Below are positions 34,623-43,169 of a stretch of DNA of 64,000 bases, in pieces. The notes beneath the pieces were generated by a model. It had not been told where the DNA came from. It was given only the letters and a program-made list of their open reading frames with translations, and made no database searches. The position numbers and the translations under genes are program-made. This DNA is from a virus, in IMG/VR virus record IMGVR_UViG_3300045988_139374, positions 96,001 through 160,000 of that record. One strand, written 5' to 3'. The stretch's first letter is position 1, and each line of letters opens with the position of its first letter.

Positions 34623-35327
34623 ATGGAAGAGATGACTAATTATCAATCTCTTCAGGAGCTATTCGTAGATAAAGAAACTCAAGAACTCATTAAGAAATGG
34701 AAAATGTCTAATGAGAAGCAAAAGAAGGAAGTATTTAAATCTACACTTTCTGATGCTGAATATCAGAAGTTGGCTCCTATCTTTAAAACTCTTAAAGAAG
34801 AAACAGAAAACTATGCTCCTTACTATAAAGCATTTAAAGCTCTCTGCAAATTCTGCCATATCGTTCCTAATGGAACTATTATTACTAAATATAAACTTAA
34901 GAAGGGTAAAAAGGAAGATGATAGCATTATTCTAGTAGAATATACCTATAATGCTAAGCCTATTACTCTTCCTGCTGGAACTAAACTTTATCATCAGTCT
35001 GTTGTTGCTGGTATTAAAGAACTTATTCCTAAGTGGAAACTTCGTGGTAAGAGTGAGAATGGATATCTTTGTGAAGCTCCTAGGATTTATCTTACTATGA
35101 GTAAATCTCTACCTACAATTAGTACTGATAATAAATTTATGAGCAAAATGCATACTTATGAAGTGCTACGACAGCCTACAAAGGTTTATATTGATCCTCT
35201 ACTTCCTGATGTATTCCAAAAGGCTGTTTATGTAGAAACTGTTACTCCAATTCCTGTTAAGGAAATCGAAAAGGAGTCTCTAGTTAAGAAAGCTTCTGAT
35301 GCTGTAAAGAAAACTATTCTGAAATAA
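34623..35327 (+). CDS. Hypothetical protein carrying the same C-terminal domain as 32692..34602
   Basis: GAAAGGAG upstream. ITLPAGTKLYHQSVVAGIKELIPKWK...VYIDP...VYVETVTPIPVKE. Confidence 0.7.
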   Translation: MEEMTNYQSLQELFVDKETQELIKKWKMSNEKQKKEVFKSTLSDAEYQKLAPIFKTLKEETENYAPYYKAFKALCKFCHIVPNGTIITKYKLKKGKKEDDSIILVEYTYNAKPITLPAGTKLYHQSVVAGIKELIPKWKLRGKSENGYLCEAPRIYLTMSKSLPTISTDNKFMSKMHTYEVLRQPTKVYIDPLLPDVFQKAVYVETVTPIPVKEIEKESLVKKASDAVKKTILK

Positions 35328-35351
35328 AATATATAAAGGAGAATATTAATC

Positions 35352-36281
35352 ATGGCTTTCAAATATGATGAACCTATTAAAGAGTATATTGTAGATCAGC
35401 CTCTCACTGAAGCTCAGTGTGATCATCTTTTGCAAATTGCTATGGAAGCTGCTAAGTCTGATGATCCTAAGAAGTATATTCAAGAGGCTGGAGAAGCTCT
35501 AATGCTTGGTGGTATGGCAGTTACTGTCATTATTGCTTGGCTTATGAAGTTTCTAAAAAATAAATATACTATTAATATTAATAAGCTTTCTTCTCAATCT
35601 AAAGAGCTTAATGATATCTATACTAAGGTAAATGATCTTCTTAAGCATGATAAGATGGCTCGCTTTAAGCATCGCAATGATAAAGTCAATGCTACTATGA
35701 AGATAATTCTTCTAAGAGATAAGAATAATCCTAATACATACTACAAGCTTACAGTAGATGAACTTATTTGGAATTCTGAATATGTAGTCAATTTCATTGA
35801 TAATACTATGGCTACTGTTATCAATACCAATGATGAGAAGACTAGACAGAATATATTTGATTCTGCATATACCGATATTATTAGCCAGATTGATAGTACA
35901 TTTACTAAGAATCATGGATATATTACTTATACAGAGCCTTTTATCCAGAATACTGATTATAAGAATCAGAGGCTCGAAGATGTACTAATGATTTATAAAG
36001 ATAATATTGGTGTTGTTTATTATAATATTGCCTATATGAATAAAACTGTTTCTAGTCAGATGAAATATTTGCAGTTTGCTCAACAAGCTTATAATCGTAT
36101 GATTGGAAAGTATGGTAAAGATAAACTTGGTAAGAAAATGGTTGAAGATGTCTTTAAGAAAATACTAACATATGCTGGTATGTCTATTGATTTCAATGAT
36201 GCTATTACTGATTCTATGCTAGAAGTAATTCGTTATTATACAAATGCTCTAAATGAGCTGTATAATTTTATTAAGGATTAA
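35352..36281 (+). CDS. Hypothetical protein with one TM segment
   Basis: AAAGGAGAA upstream. ALMLGGMAVTVIIAWLMKFL. Confidence 0.7.
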   Translation: MAFKYDEPIKEYIVDQPLTEAQCDHLLQIAMEAAKSDDPKKYIQEAGEALMLGGMAVTVIIAWLMKFLKNKYTININKLSSQSKELNDIYTKVNDLLKHDKMARFKHRNDKVNATMKIILLRDKNNPNTYYKLTVDELIWNSEYVVNFIDNTMATVINTNDEKTRQNIFDSAYTDIISQIDSTFTKNHGYITYTEPFIQNTDYKNQRLEDVLMIYKDNIGVVYYNIAYMNKTVSSQMKYLQFAQQAYNRMIGKYGKDKLGKKMVEDVFKKILTYAGMSIDFNDAITDSMLEVIRYYTNALNELYNFIKD

Positions 36282-36324
36282 TTTCTAATACTTCTAAATA
36301 ATTACTATAAGGAGGTAATTTATT

Positions 36325-36453
36325 ATGTGTCCTGAAAAGTCTACCGATGCAAAGTATTCTGTTATCACTGAACAGGGTGATCTGGGTCTTGGCGCAGATG
36401 TTCTGTCTGATGACGATCAGAAGATTGTCGAAGAGTCTACAGATAAGCAGTAA
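36325..36453 (+). CDS. 42-aa acidic micro-protein (MCPEKSTDAKYSVITEQGDLGLGADVLSDDDQKIVEESTDKQ)
   Basis: Not in the ORF track (under 60 aa). AAGGAGG lies 8 nt upstream of the ATG. It has its own terminator at 36464-36491 and GC-richer codons (CTG, GGC, CAG). Confidence 0.6.
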   Translation: MCPEKSTDAKYSVITEQGDLGLGADVLSDDDQKIVEESTDKQ

Positions 36454-36463
36454 TATCTAAATT

Positions 36464-36491
36464 GGGTGGATAGGATTTGCTCCTATCCACC
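36464..36491 (+). terminator. Intrinsic terminator
   Basis: Stem GGGTGGATAGGA/TCCTATCCACC with loop TTTGC, followed by TTTATTTT. Confidence 0.75.
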
Positions 36492-36567
36492 TTTATTTTG
36501 GCTTCTCAAAACTTAATATTAATGGTGCTACTTAGTTTTTATTTTTATGAAAAGGAGGCTAAAGCAC

Positions 36568-37500
36568 ATGGCTGATAATGATAAATATATTGCCAGAATT
36601 CCAATCGTGCTTGATGAATTTAAGAATAAGAATAATCATCAAAACCATGAGCTGGTTGTAGATATTGATAATGAAGACCTATATATCAAAAATGGTAATG
36701 GATATATCAATATTACTGGTAAAATTAGAGAACAAATTAAGGAAATTCAGGATGGATCTTCCGTTATTCATGTAGTCACTGAACAGACCATTCCTCCTGT
36801 TAAGGATCGTGAGGAAAACCATTGGTATTATGTAATTACAGATACTGAAGATGCAGATGGTGGTAGTATGTCTACCACTTCTTACATCTATTATGGTCTT
36901 ATTAAGACATATGATACTTCTAAGAATTATCTTCTTATTGCACAAAATACTACTATCGGTTCTGATGTAGTTAAGATGACCATTGCTGAAGGTTATGTAC
37001 CTTGTTTCTACGTTCCTATTAACTATAATGCTAGCTTTAAGAATAATTCTACTAGTAAAACAATTACTGCTACAATAGAAGATCGTGTATATGCAATGAA
37101 CTCTGCTGCTGGCAGCTATATTGCATATGACGTTTATGTTCTTCAACTTTATGATGCTGGTGATTATAATATCAAAATCGATCTTACTGGTAGCAATAAT
37201 TTCTCCATTAACTTTGATACAAATGAAGCAAATGTTCCTGGATTGAAATTACCTGCTACAATGTCTGTTAAAGATGGAGATACTATCGGAACTATTGTAA
37301 CTCCTACATGGACCGATCCTAGATTTATTTTCAAAGGTTGGTCTACTAGTAAAATTGCTGCTACTATTATTGATCCAACTAAGTATAAGCCTAATGGAAA
37401 TATGACTTTGTTTGCTTGGTTTGAATACAATACTAGTACTACAGCTCTTGCATATTATGCTACTTGCCTATCTTCTACTAATAAAGCAGTGGAGGGTTAA
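36568..37500 (+). CDS. Surface-binding/adhesin-like (tail-fibre candidate) protein with a Listeria-Bacteroides-type repeat
   Basis: Track ORF 36547..37500. The ATG at 36568 follows AAAGGAGG. The C-terminal segment FSINFDTNEANVPG...DPRFIFKGWSTS...NMTLFAWF fits the pattern of a FxGW motif followed about 25 residues later by AxW. Confidence 0.55.
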   Translation: MADNDKYIARIPIVLDEFKNKNNHQNHELVVDIDNEDLYIKNGNGYINITGKIREQIKEIQDGSSVIHVVTEQTIPPVKDREENHWYYVITDTEDADGGSMSTTSYIYYGLIKTYDTSKNYLLIAQNTTIGSDVVKMTIAEGYVPCFYVPINYNASFKNNSTSKTITATIEDRVYAMNSAAGSYIAYDVYVLQLYDAGDYNIKIDLTGSNNFSINFDTNEANVPGLKLPATMSVKDGDTIGTIVTPTWTDPRFIFKGWSTSKIAATIIDPTKYKPNGNMTLFAWFEYNTSTTALAYYATCLSSTNKAVEG

Positions 37501-37502
37501 TT

Positions 37503-38654
37503 ATGGAAGATAATAATATTGTAATTGGATCTTTCTGCTCCACTGCAGAAAAAGATACATATGTTTATCCTAAAGAGATTCCTGGATATATAGCTCCTGA
37601 ACCTCAGATTCTGAAAGAAGATAATCAACGGTTCAATTTCATTTATACTCCTATTGAATATTCAATTGGATATAACCTAGATGGTGGTGAAATTGATGTT
37701 GATCTAAAATCTTCGTATACTATAGAAGATGATACCTATACACCTCCTATTCCTACAAGAAAAGATTTTGTATTCAATGGGTGGGAACCTAAATCTATTC
37801 CTGCTGGAACTATTGGAGATATTAATTTTACTGCCACTTGGAAATCTCTTCCGATTCTTAAAACTGGTACTGAACTTAATAAGATCTTTGAAACTATTGC
37901 TGGCAGTAAAGATAATATTCTAGGATTTAGAATTGTAGATTATATTAATAACTGTGTAGATGTATCTTCTACTATTACTCCTATTTATGCATCTTATGAT
38001 GACGGAATTATCAATCTTGCTTGTGAAGATGCAATTCATTGCAATGATGATATGAGTCATGCTTTTGAAGGTTTTTCTTCTCTCTACGATATTAGTTGCT
38101 TCTCTTACTTTATTGCAGCTAATGGAATGAATTGCAATTCAATGTTTAAAGATTGTATTGCTCTCTCAGATGTCCAATCTGTGGAGTATTGGAATAATGA
38201 TAAAACATTTGGTGATATTACTGATGCTTTCCTGAATACTAGTGCACTTGATGCTAATAGAACTCCTAATTGGTATATTTGGAATGTAAATATCAAATAT
38301 ATCTCTTCTTCTGGAAAGATTCTAAAAGATACTCATGTAAATAAGAAACCTGGAGAAATTGTATATCCTATTAGTATTGATGGATATAAATGCAATACTA
38401 ATTCTATTATCATAGATTCTTATGATAATATTTATACATTTATCTATACTCCTATTGAATATGAGATTAGATATAGTCTAGACAATGGAGTGCTTCCTTT
38501 TGCTAAAACTAATTATAATATTGAAGAGGAAGATTTCTATCCTGCTAAGCCTGTAAAGGATGGATATACTTTTACCAATTGGGATCCTGAATATATTCCT
38601 TCTGGTAGTACAGGTAATTATAATTTCATTGCAAATTATGCACCAAATAATTAA
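37503..38654 (+). CDS. Adhesin-like protein: two Listeria-Bacteroides-type repeats flanking a BspA-type LRR-like segment
   Basis: YSIGYNLDGGE...RKDFVFNGWEPKSIPAGTIGDINFTATWK and YEIRYSLDNG...KDGYTFTNWDPEYIPSGSTGNYNFIANY. Middle segment FEGFSSLYDIS...MFKDCIALSDV. SD GGAGGG within the end of the previous gene. Confidence 0.6.
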   Translation: MEDNNIVIGSFCSTAEKDTYVYPKEIPGYIAPEPQILKEDNQRFNFIYTPIEYSIGYNLDGGEIDVDLKSSYTIEDDTYTPPIPTRKDFVFNGWEPKSIPAGTIGDINFTATWKSLPILKTGTELNKIFETIAGSKDNILGFRIVDYINNCVDVSSTITPIYASYDDGIINLACEDAIHCNDDMSHAFEGFSSLYDISCFSYFIAANGMNCNSMFKDCIALSDVQSVEYWNNDKTFGDITDAFLNTSALDANRTPNWYIWNVNIKYISSSGKILKDTHVNKKPGEIVYPISIDGYKCNTNSIIIDSYDNIYTFIYTPIEYEIRYSLDNGVLPFAKTNYNIEEEDFYPAKPVKDGYTFTNWDPEYIPSGSTGNYNFIANYAPNN

Positions 38655-38675
38655 AATAAAGGAGAGAAATAATCA

Positions 38676-39830
38676 ATGGATTCTAAGATTGAAAATCTAA
38701 TTAGTGATATTGAGAAACTCCGTGATCTTTCTACTTCAAAATCTGCTGTAGAAAATATTAGAAAAGATCTGAATCTCATTATTACTACTGGCAAGTGTAG
38801 AGAATTCATCTATACAAATAATATAGATAAGCTTCCTTTTGGATGTATTGTTTTTCCTACTTTTGCAGACTTTGATATCAATGCTTTCTTTATTGCTGGA
38901 GAGCCTTGTAAGGTTGGAGAATATAAGTGTGAAATTGATTCTAAGATGTTTGATTACGGTCTGACAAATGAAGAAGTAGCACAGATTATTCTATTTAATG
39001 CTTATCATATGACTGCTGACTCTAGACCTTCTGAAGTTGTTAGAGAGCATATTGATATTTTCTTTACTAAAGAAAATACTCAGCTGATTATTAGAGATTG
39101 TGTTCAGTATAAAACTATTCTATCCTTTGGTCTAGCTGATGCTTTGTCTACGGTTACTTCTTGCTTCGCTCTTCCTGATGATGTAGAAGCAGATGCTTAT
39201 CTATCTTCTCTTGGATTTGCAGAAGGTTCTTTTAAGATTGGTATAGATAAGCTGTTTCAAGAAATGCTTGGATGTGAAAATGAAGTTAAGCGTCAGGTTA
39301 ATCTGTCTATGCTTGATTGGTCTCTGAGACTATATTGCAACGTAGACTCTGAACGTCCTGCTGCAATTCATCTTCTTTCTAAGTGTAAAGATATTACTGC
39401 TTCTATTCTATACATTAAGAAAGTTGAATCTGTTATCAATTCTCTAAATAGAATTGATACTGACGCTTATATCACAGAAGCTGTAAATCAAATCTTTACA
39501 GAATCTAAGAAGAATGGTGGATTCCTGGGATATCTAAAATATTCTGGACTTAGAGATGTAGAGAATGATCTCTATGAATTCCAAGTCAGAGCAAAGAATG
39601 CAGAATCTGAACAAGATGTGCTATATGCTCTAAAGCAGATTAATGCTAGACTTACTATTCTATCTGACTACATCCGTGAAAATCGTAATGATCCTGATAT
39701 TGATCATTGGATTGCAGTCAAGGAAGAATATGAAGATCTTCGTATGATTCTTGCTAAGAAGAATCTACATAAGAGAGCTTATGGCATCTTTGTTGATTAC
39801 GATGCTCTCGATAATTATGAAGAATTTTAA
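38676..39830 (+). CDS. Hypothetical protein
   Basis: ORF track; AAAGGAGAGAAA upstream. Confidence 0.7.
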   Translation: MDSKIENLISDIEKLRDLSTSKSAVENIRKDLNLIITTGKCREFIYTNNIDKLPFGCIVFPTFADFDINAFFIAGEPCKVGEYKCEIDSKMFDYGLTNEEVAQIILFNAYHMTADSRPSEVVREHIDIFFTKENTQLIIRDCVQYKTILSFGLADALSTVTSCFALPDDVEADAYLSSLGFAEGSFKIGIDKLFQEMLGCENEVKRQVNLSMLDWSLRLYCNVDSERPAAIHLLSKCKDITASILYIKKVESVINSLNRIDTDAYITEAVNQIFTESKKNGGFLGYLKYSGLRDVENDLYEFQVRAKNAESEQDVLYALKQINARLTILSDYIRENRNDPDIDHWIAVKEEYEDLRMILAKKNLHKRAYGIFVDYDALDNYEEF

Positions 39831-39843
39831 TTAAAATAAATAA

Positions 39844-39874
39844 AATCCTCTATGGTTTTATGCCATAGAGGATT
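39844..39874 (+). terminator. Intrinsic terminator
   Basis: Stem AATCCTCTATGG/CCATAGAGGATT followed by ATTTTT. Confidence 0.75.
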
Positions 39875-39912
39875 ATTTTTCTATTTATTAACATTTGTTC
39901 ATAATTTGTTAA

Positions 39913-40280
39913 CAAATTTTGTCAAAAATACCCTATTTTTGGCAAAGTAAACTTTTTTTCAGATAGATATTTTAATAGTGTAATTTATTTAAAATTAAAA
40001 TTAATGATTATTAATAATAAAAAAGATTTATATGTTTATATATTAACTATGATTATACTACTTATATACTATGATTCGTCTTAATTCCTAAACTGATATT
40101 ATACTATTCCTCAAGCAAAAAATGATTCTATTGATAATATTGACCCTTGTTCTAAAATGATTAATCTATTTAATAATCGTTCCTTAGTATAGTAGATTGA
40201 TCTTATAAGCATAAGATCAATCTACACATTTACACTATCAAAATAACTGTGGAGGAATTTAAAAAGTTTCACTTTTTAAG
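39913..40280 (+). repeat. Non-coding repeat unit A (box 1 ...TGGCAAAGTAAA...; promoter-like box; 15-bp hairpin; box 2 plus hairpin)
   Basis: Box 1 lies around 39920-40020, a perfect 15-bp hairpin at 40192-40225, box 2 AAAATAACTGTGGAGGAATTT at 40240-40260, and a hairpin at 40259-40279. Confidence 0.7.
39965..39980 (+). promoter_or_regulatory. Promoter-like 16-mer variant AGATATTTTAATAGTG
   Basis: 15/16 identical to site d (AGATATTATAATAGTG). Rightward orientation. Confidence 0.4.
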
Positions 40281-40282
40281 AT

Positions 40283-40530
40283 TTTTCAAAAAACCCTTAA
40301 AAATGGCAAAGTAAAAAAATTTTTCAGACATATATTTTAATATTGTATATATTAAAATTAAAATAATCTTGTTAATTTTAATGATGATTATTAAGTAATA
40401 TCTCACTTATTCTAATTAAGATAATACTTATCTTAAAGAAACAACAAATAATGAATATACTAGTATATCCATATTAAAATAACTACGGGGGAATTTATAA
40501 AGTTTCACTTTATAAAAATTCTTCTTAAAA
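40283..40530 (+). repeat. Non-coding repeat unit B (degenerate copy of unit A)
   Basis: Blocks shared with unit A: TCAAAAA, CCCT, TGGCAAAGTAAA, TTTTTCAGA, ATATTTTAATA, TTAAAATTAAAA, ATGATTATTAA. Box 2 AAAATAACTACGGGGGAATTT at 40476-40496 and a hairpin at 40494-40516. Confidence 0.7.
40330..40345 (+). promoter_or_regulatory. Promoter-like 16-mer variant ATATATTTTAATATTG
   Basis: Occupies the same position within unit B as 39965-39980 does in unit A. Close to site b (AGATATTATAATATTG). Confidence 0.35.
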
Positions 40531-40589
40531 ATAAGAAAAACTTCAAAATAATTATTTTTATAATCTCAAAATAAAGGAGAGAAAGAAGA

Positions 40590-41360
40590 ATGATTTTAGA
40601 AGATAATCAAATAAAAGAATTATTAGAAAAAATAAAAGATCTAGAAATTAAAAATAGTACTAAGAGCAATTATTCTATTGATGATAAAAGAGTTCCTAGG
40701 GTAACAGAAATATTATCTGCAATGATGCATGAAGACAATCTAATGAATTGGGCTAATGGTTTAGGATGGAAAAGAATATCCTATAGAGCATTTATGAAAG
40801 ATGCTCAAGATAAAGGAACTTATTCACATTTAGCAATAGAAATATTCTTAAGACAAGGAAGAATTGATCTAGATACAGATTTACAAATTCCTAATCAAAA
40901 AATTAGAGATACTGTAGAATCTTGTTTAGACGGTTTCATTCAATGGTGGGATGAATTACATAAACTTCATAAAAATATTAAATTAATCTATCTAGAAGAA
41001 ACTATGATCAATGAATATTTTGGAGGAACATGTGATTGTTTACTTCAAGTAGATGGAGAATATTGGTTATTAGACTTTAAGACTTCTAATCATATGAATT
41101 ATAAATATTCTCTACAATTAGCAGCATATCGATATCTTTTAAAAAATACAAAGAATATTAATATTTCTAAATGTATGATTTTAAGATTAGATAAACTAAA
41201 TCATTTTTATGAAACTCAAGAATTTAATCTTAGCAATAAAGATCATCTAAACTATATTGAAAATTGTGAGCAAACATTTATGATTCTTTTAACAGCATTT
41301 AAGATGAGAATGTATACTAATCTTCAATATCAAGAAATTACTAATTTAAACAAAAAATAA
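40590..41360 (+). CDS. PD-(D/E)XK family exonuclease (Cas4/RecB/YqaJ-like)
   Basis: AAAGGAGAGAAAG upstream. Motifs GTYSHLAIE, GGTCDCLL, WLLDFKTS and QLAAYRYLL appear in the canonical order. Confidence 0.65.
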   Translation: MILEDNQIKELLEKIKDLEIKNSTKSNYSIDDKRVPRVTEILSAMMHEDNLMNWANGLGWKRISYRAFMKDAQDKGTYSHLAIEIFLRQGRIDLDTDLQIPNQKIRDTVESCLDGFIQWWDELHKLHKNIKLIYLEETMINEYFGGTCDCLLQVDGEYWLLDFKTSNHMNYKYSLQLAAYRYLLKNTKNINISKCMILRLDKLNHFYETQEFNLSNKDHLNYIENCEQTFMILLTAFKMRMYTNLQYQEITNLNKK

Positions 41361-41364
41361 TAAC

Positions 41365-41391
41365 ATGGAGTACTACGACGTAGTACTCCAT
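41365..41391 (+). terminator. Intrinsic terminator
   Basis: Stem ATGGAGTACTAC/GTAGTACTCCAT followed by TATTTTTT. Confidence 0.7.
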
Positions 41392-41454
41392 TATTTTTTC
41401 ATTATATAAAAAACTTTCTTAGTAATCATATCTATTTTGGAAGGAGTAGAAAAT

Positions 41455-42024
41455 ATGAATCTTGATATTATTAGTATTATTCGGTCATGCAACACATTGC
41501 ATGAATTGAAGGAAGAATTCAAAAAACCTTTCGGTTGGTTTAGATTCATATCTAAAAATAAAGCTAAAAAATTAGAAGATAAACTAGATTCTACTATTAA
41601 AACTATCCTGTCTAAAGATGAATGGGATGTACAATATCTTTATGATCTAGAAAGAGCAATCTTTCTTTTTTATAATAATCTAAAAGATTATATGGTAAAT
41701 GTAACAATTCCTTCTTATAATCCAAATGATAAATACAATCCTAAGAATTTTATTCCTATCTATTTTTATGATAAAATTAAAGATAGAAATATTATTGTAG
41801 AGATTGTATCTACTAATATCATATTTACAGTATTTGATAATACTACAGGAAAGAGTATTGTTATTTCTACTTCAGAATCTGTATCTAAGTCTCAAGAGAA
41901 AGTAGAAAATCAATGTAAAGAAATTCTAATAGATTTCTTTCTTAATTATCTTCATGAATATAAAATTCCAGAAGAAGAAAAAGCAATTACTCTAGCAAAT
42001 AAAATCAATGGAAAAAATAATTAA
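41455..42024 (+). CDS. Hypothetical protein
   Basis: Track ORF 41437..42024. The ATG at 41455 follows GGAAGGAG. Confidence 0.65.
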   Translation: MNLDIISIIRSCNTLHELKEEFKKPFGWFRFISKNKAKKLEDKLDSTIKTILSKDEWDVQYLYDLERAIFLFYNNLKDYMVNVTIPSYNPNDKYNPKNFIPIYFYDKIKDRNIIVEIVSTNIIFTVFDNTTGKSIVISTSESVSKSQEKVENQCKEILIDFFLNYLHEYKIPEEEKAITLANKINGKNN

Positions 42025-42116
42025 AACTATGATGAGATATATATTATTATCTCAAGATAATAATATCTAACTTTTTTATTTTATTTTTTAAATATTTAGA
42101 AGGAAGGTGATAAATT

Positions 42117-42359
42117 ATGAAACCATATAAAAAGAAATGGAATCCTAAATATAGACAAGCAATAACAGTAGATTGGCATAGAGCATCTAATGAACTTGAA
42201 GCTATTATGAATAGTAGACAATTCTCAAACTATTCATTTGATCATAGATTGAAAATTACAAATATTTATTTGCAAGTAAAAGATTGTGAAAGATCTGATA
42301 ATATTGAAGCTTATTTTGAATTATTAGACCAAAATAGAAAATTGATAAAAGGAGTATAG
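42117..42359 (+). CDS. Small hypothetical protein
   Basis: ORF track; GAAGGAAGGTGA upstream. Confidence 0.65.
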   Translation: MKPYKKKWNPKYRQAITVDWHRASNELEAIMNSRQFSNYSFDHRLKITNIYLQVKDCERSDNIEAYFELLDQNRKLIKGV

Positions 42360-42364
42360 ATATA

Positions 42365-43135
42365 ATGGCTAATCGAAATGCAAAGATTCGTAAATATTCA
42401 GATTTTATATTAAATTTTCTTTACTTTGTATCTGTATATATGGTATCTATTGTTTATGATTATGCAAATAATTATATTATTTTGAATAATCATGAAGCAA
42501 TGAGGCAAGTAGTAATGTGTGTCACTAAAGGATATTTGATGTTAGTACCATTCATTACTATTGTCTTAATCTCATGGAATGAAAATAGTCTCTTAGATGC
42601 AATTATTGATTCTTTTGTTTCTTTTAATGCATCTTATATTATTTGTCCATTCTTCATTTATATATCTGGATTCCTTAAGCATGAAGATTATTGGGTAGGT
42701 TCTGTAATACTCGAAAACGGTATCTTGATGAGTAAGATAAATCCATTTACGCTAATTCTAGAGATTGTCATGTATACTTGCACTGGAGTAATCTTACTTC
42801 GCTTTATTTTGGATAAAAAATTTGAATTCTTTGGTCTATGTATAACTTGTGTTGTATTTTCCTTTATTTTAAATTTCTTTAATATAATTGATCAAGTTGC
42901 AAAGCTAAGTTATATTCCTCTTTGTATTTATGCTAGAATCGATTATGCTCTAGTAGAAGAAACTCAATTACCAATGGAAAAAGTTAGTCAAATCACTTGG
43001 ATTGTTTGGTTTGTAAAATTTATAATTCCAATTGCAATTGGAGCATTTATCCCAATTGTAATTGATGCAATTATCCAAAGTGTAATTGAGTTCAAGAGAA
43101 ATAAGGAAAAACAAAACTCAGATTCAGATAAGTAA
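42365..43135 (+). CDS. Polytopic membrane protein
   Basis: AAAGGAG upstream. At least six hydrophobic segments, for example ILNFLYFVSVYMVSIVY, LMLVPFITIVLISW, IICPFFIYISGFL, LILEIVMYTCTGVILLRFIL, GLCITCVVFSFILNFF, WIVWFVKFIIPIAIGAFIPIVI. Confidence 0.7.
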   Translation: MANRNAKIRKYSDFILNFLYFVSVYMVSIVYDYANNYIILNNHEAMRQVVMCVTKGYLMLVPFITIVLISWNENSLLDAIIDSFVSFNASYIICPFFIYISGFLKHEDYWVGSVILENGILMSKINPFTLILEIVMYTCTGVILLRFILDKKFEFFGLCITCVVFSFILNFFNIIDQVAKLSYIPLCIYARIDYALVEETQLPMEKVSQITWIVWFVKFIIPIAIGAFIPIVIDAIIQSVIEFKRNKEKQNSDSDK

Positions 43136-43169
43136 TATAAAATCGAAAGAAAGGAAAGAATTTTCAATT

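Noticed and set aside
39461-39470. TGACGCTTAT, a 9/10 match to the cassette junction motif, on the plus strand inside the 38676..39830 gene (codons T-D-A-Y-I).
   Set aside because: It has one mismatch, lies on the opposite strand 26 kb away, and sits inside an ordinary well-supported CDS. It is most likely chance. Mentioned only so that a formal search can include it.
39934-39941. A Bacteroidota-type -7 promoter element TAnnTTTG (TATTTTTG) in repeat unit A.
   Set aside because: It is not conserved in unit B (TTAAAAATGG). No TTTG lies at the expected -33 distance. The genome uses strong SD sequences, which argues against a Bacteroidota host.
40303-40314. A mini-ORF ATG GCA AAG TAA inside the conserved TGGCAAAGTAAA box.
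   Set aside because: It has no SD at a usable distance. The other copy of the box has TTG instead of ATG (39939-39950). Conservation is better explained at the DNA or RNA level.
39875-40589. A possible CRISPR array or tandem-repeat satellite in the large intergenic region.
   Set aside because: There are only two units. They have different lengths (box spacing 299 vs 171 nt) and are degenerate rather than exact short repeats separated by uniform spacers. No cas genes are present.
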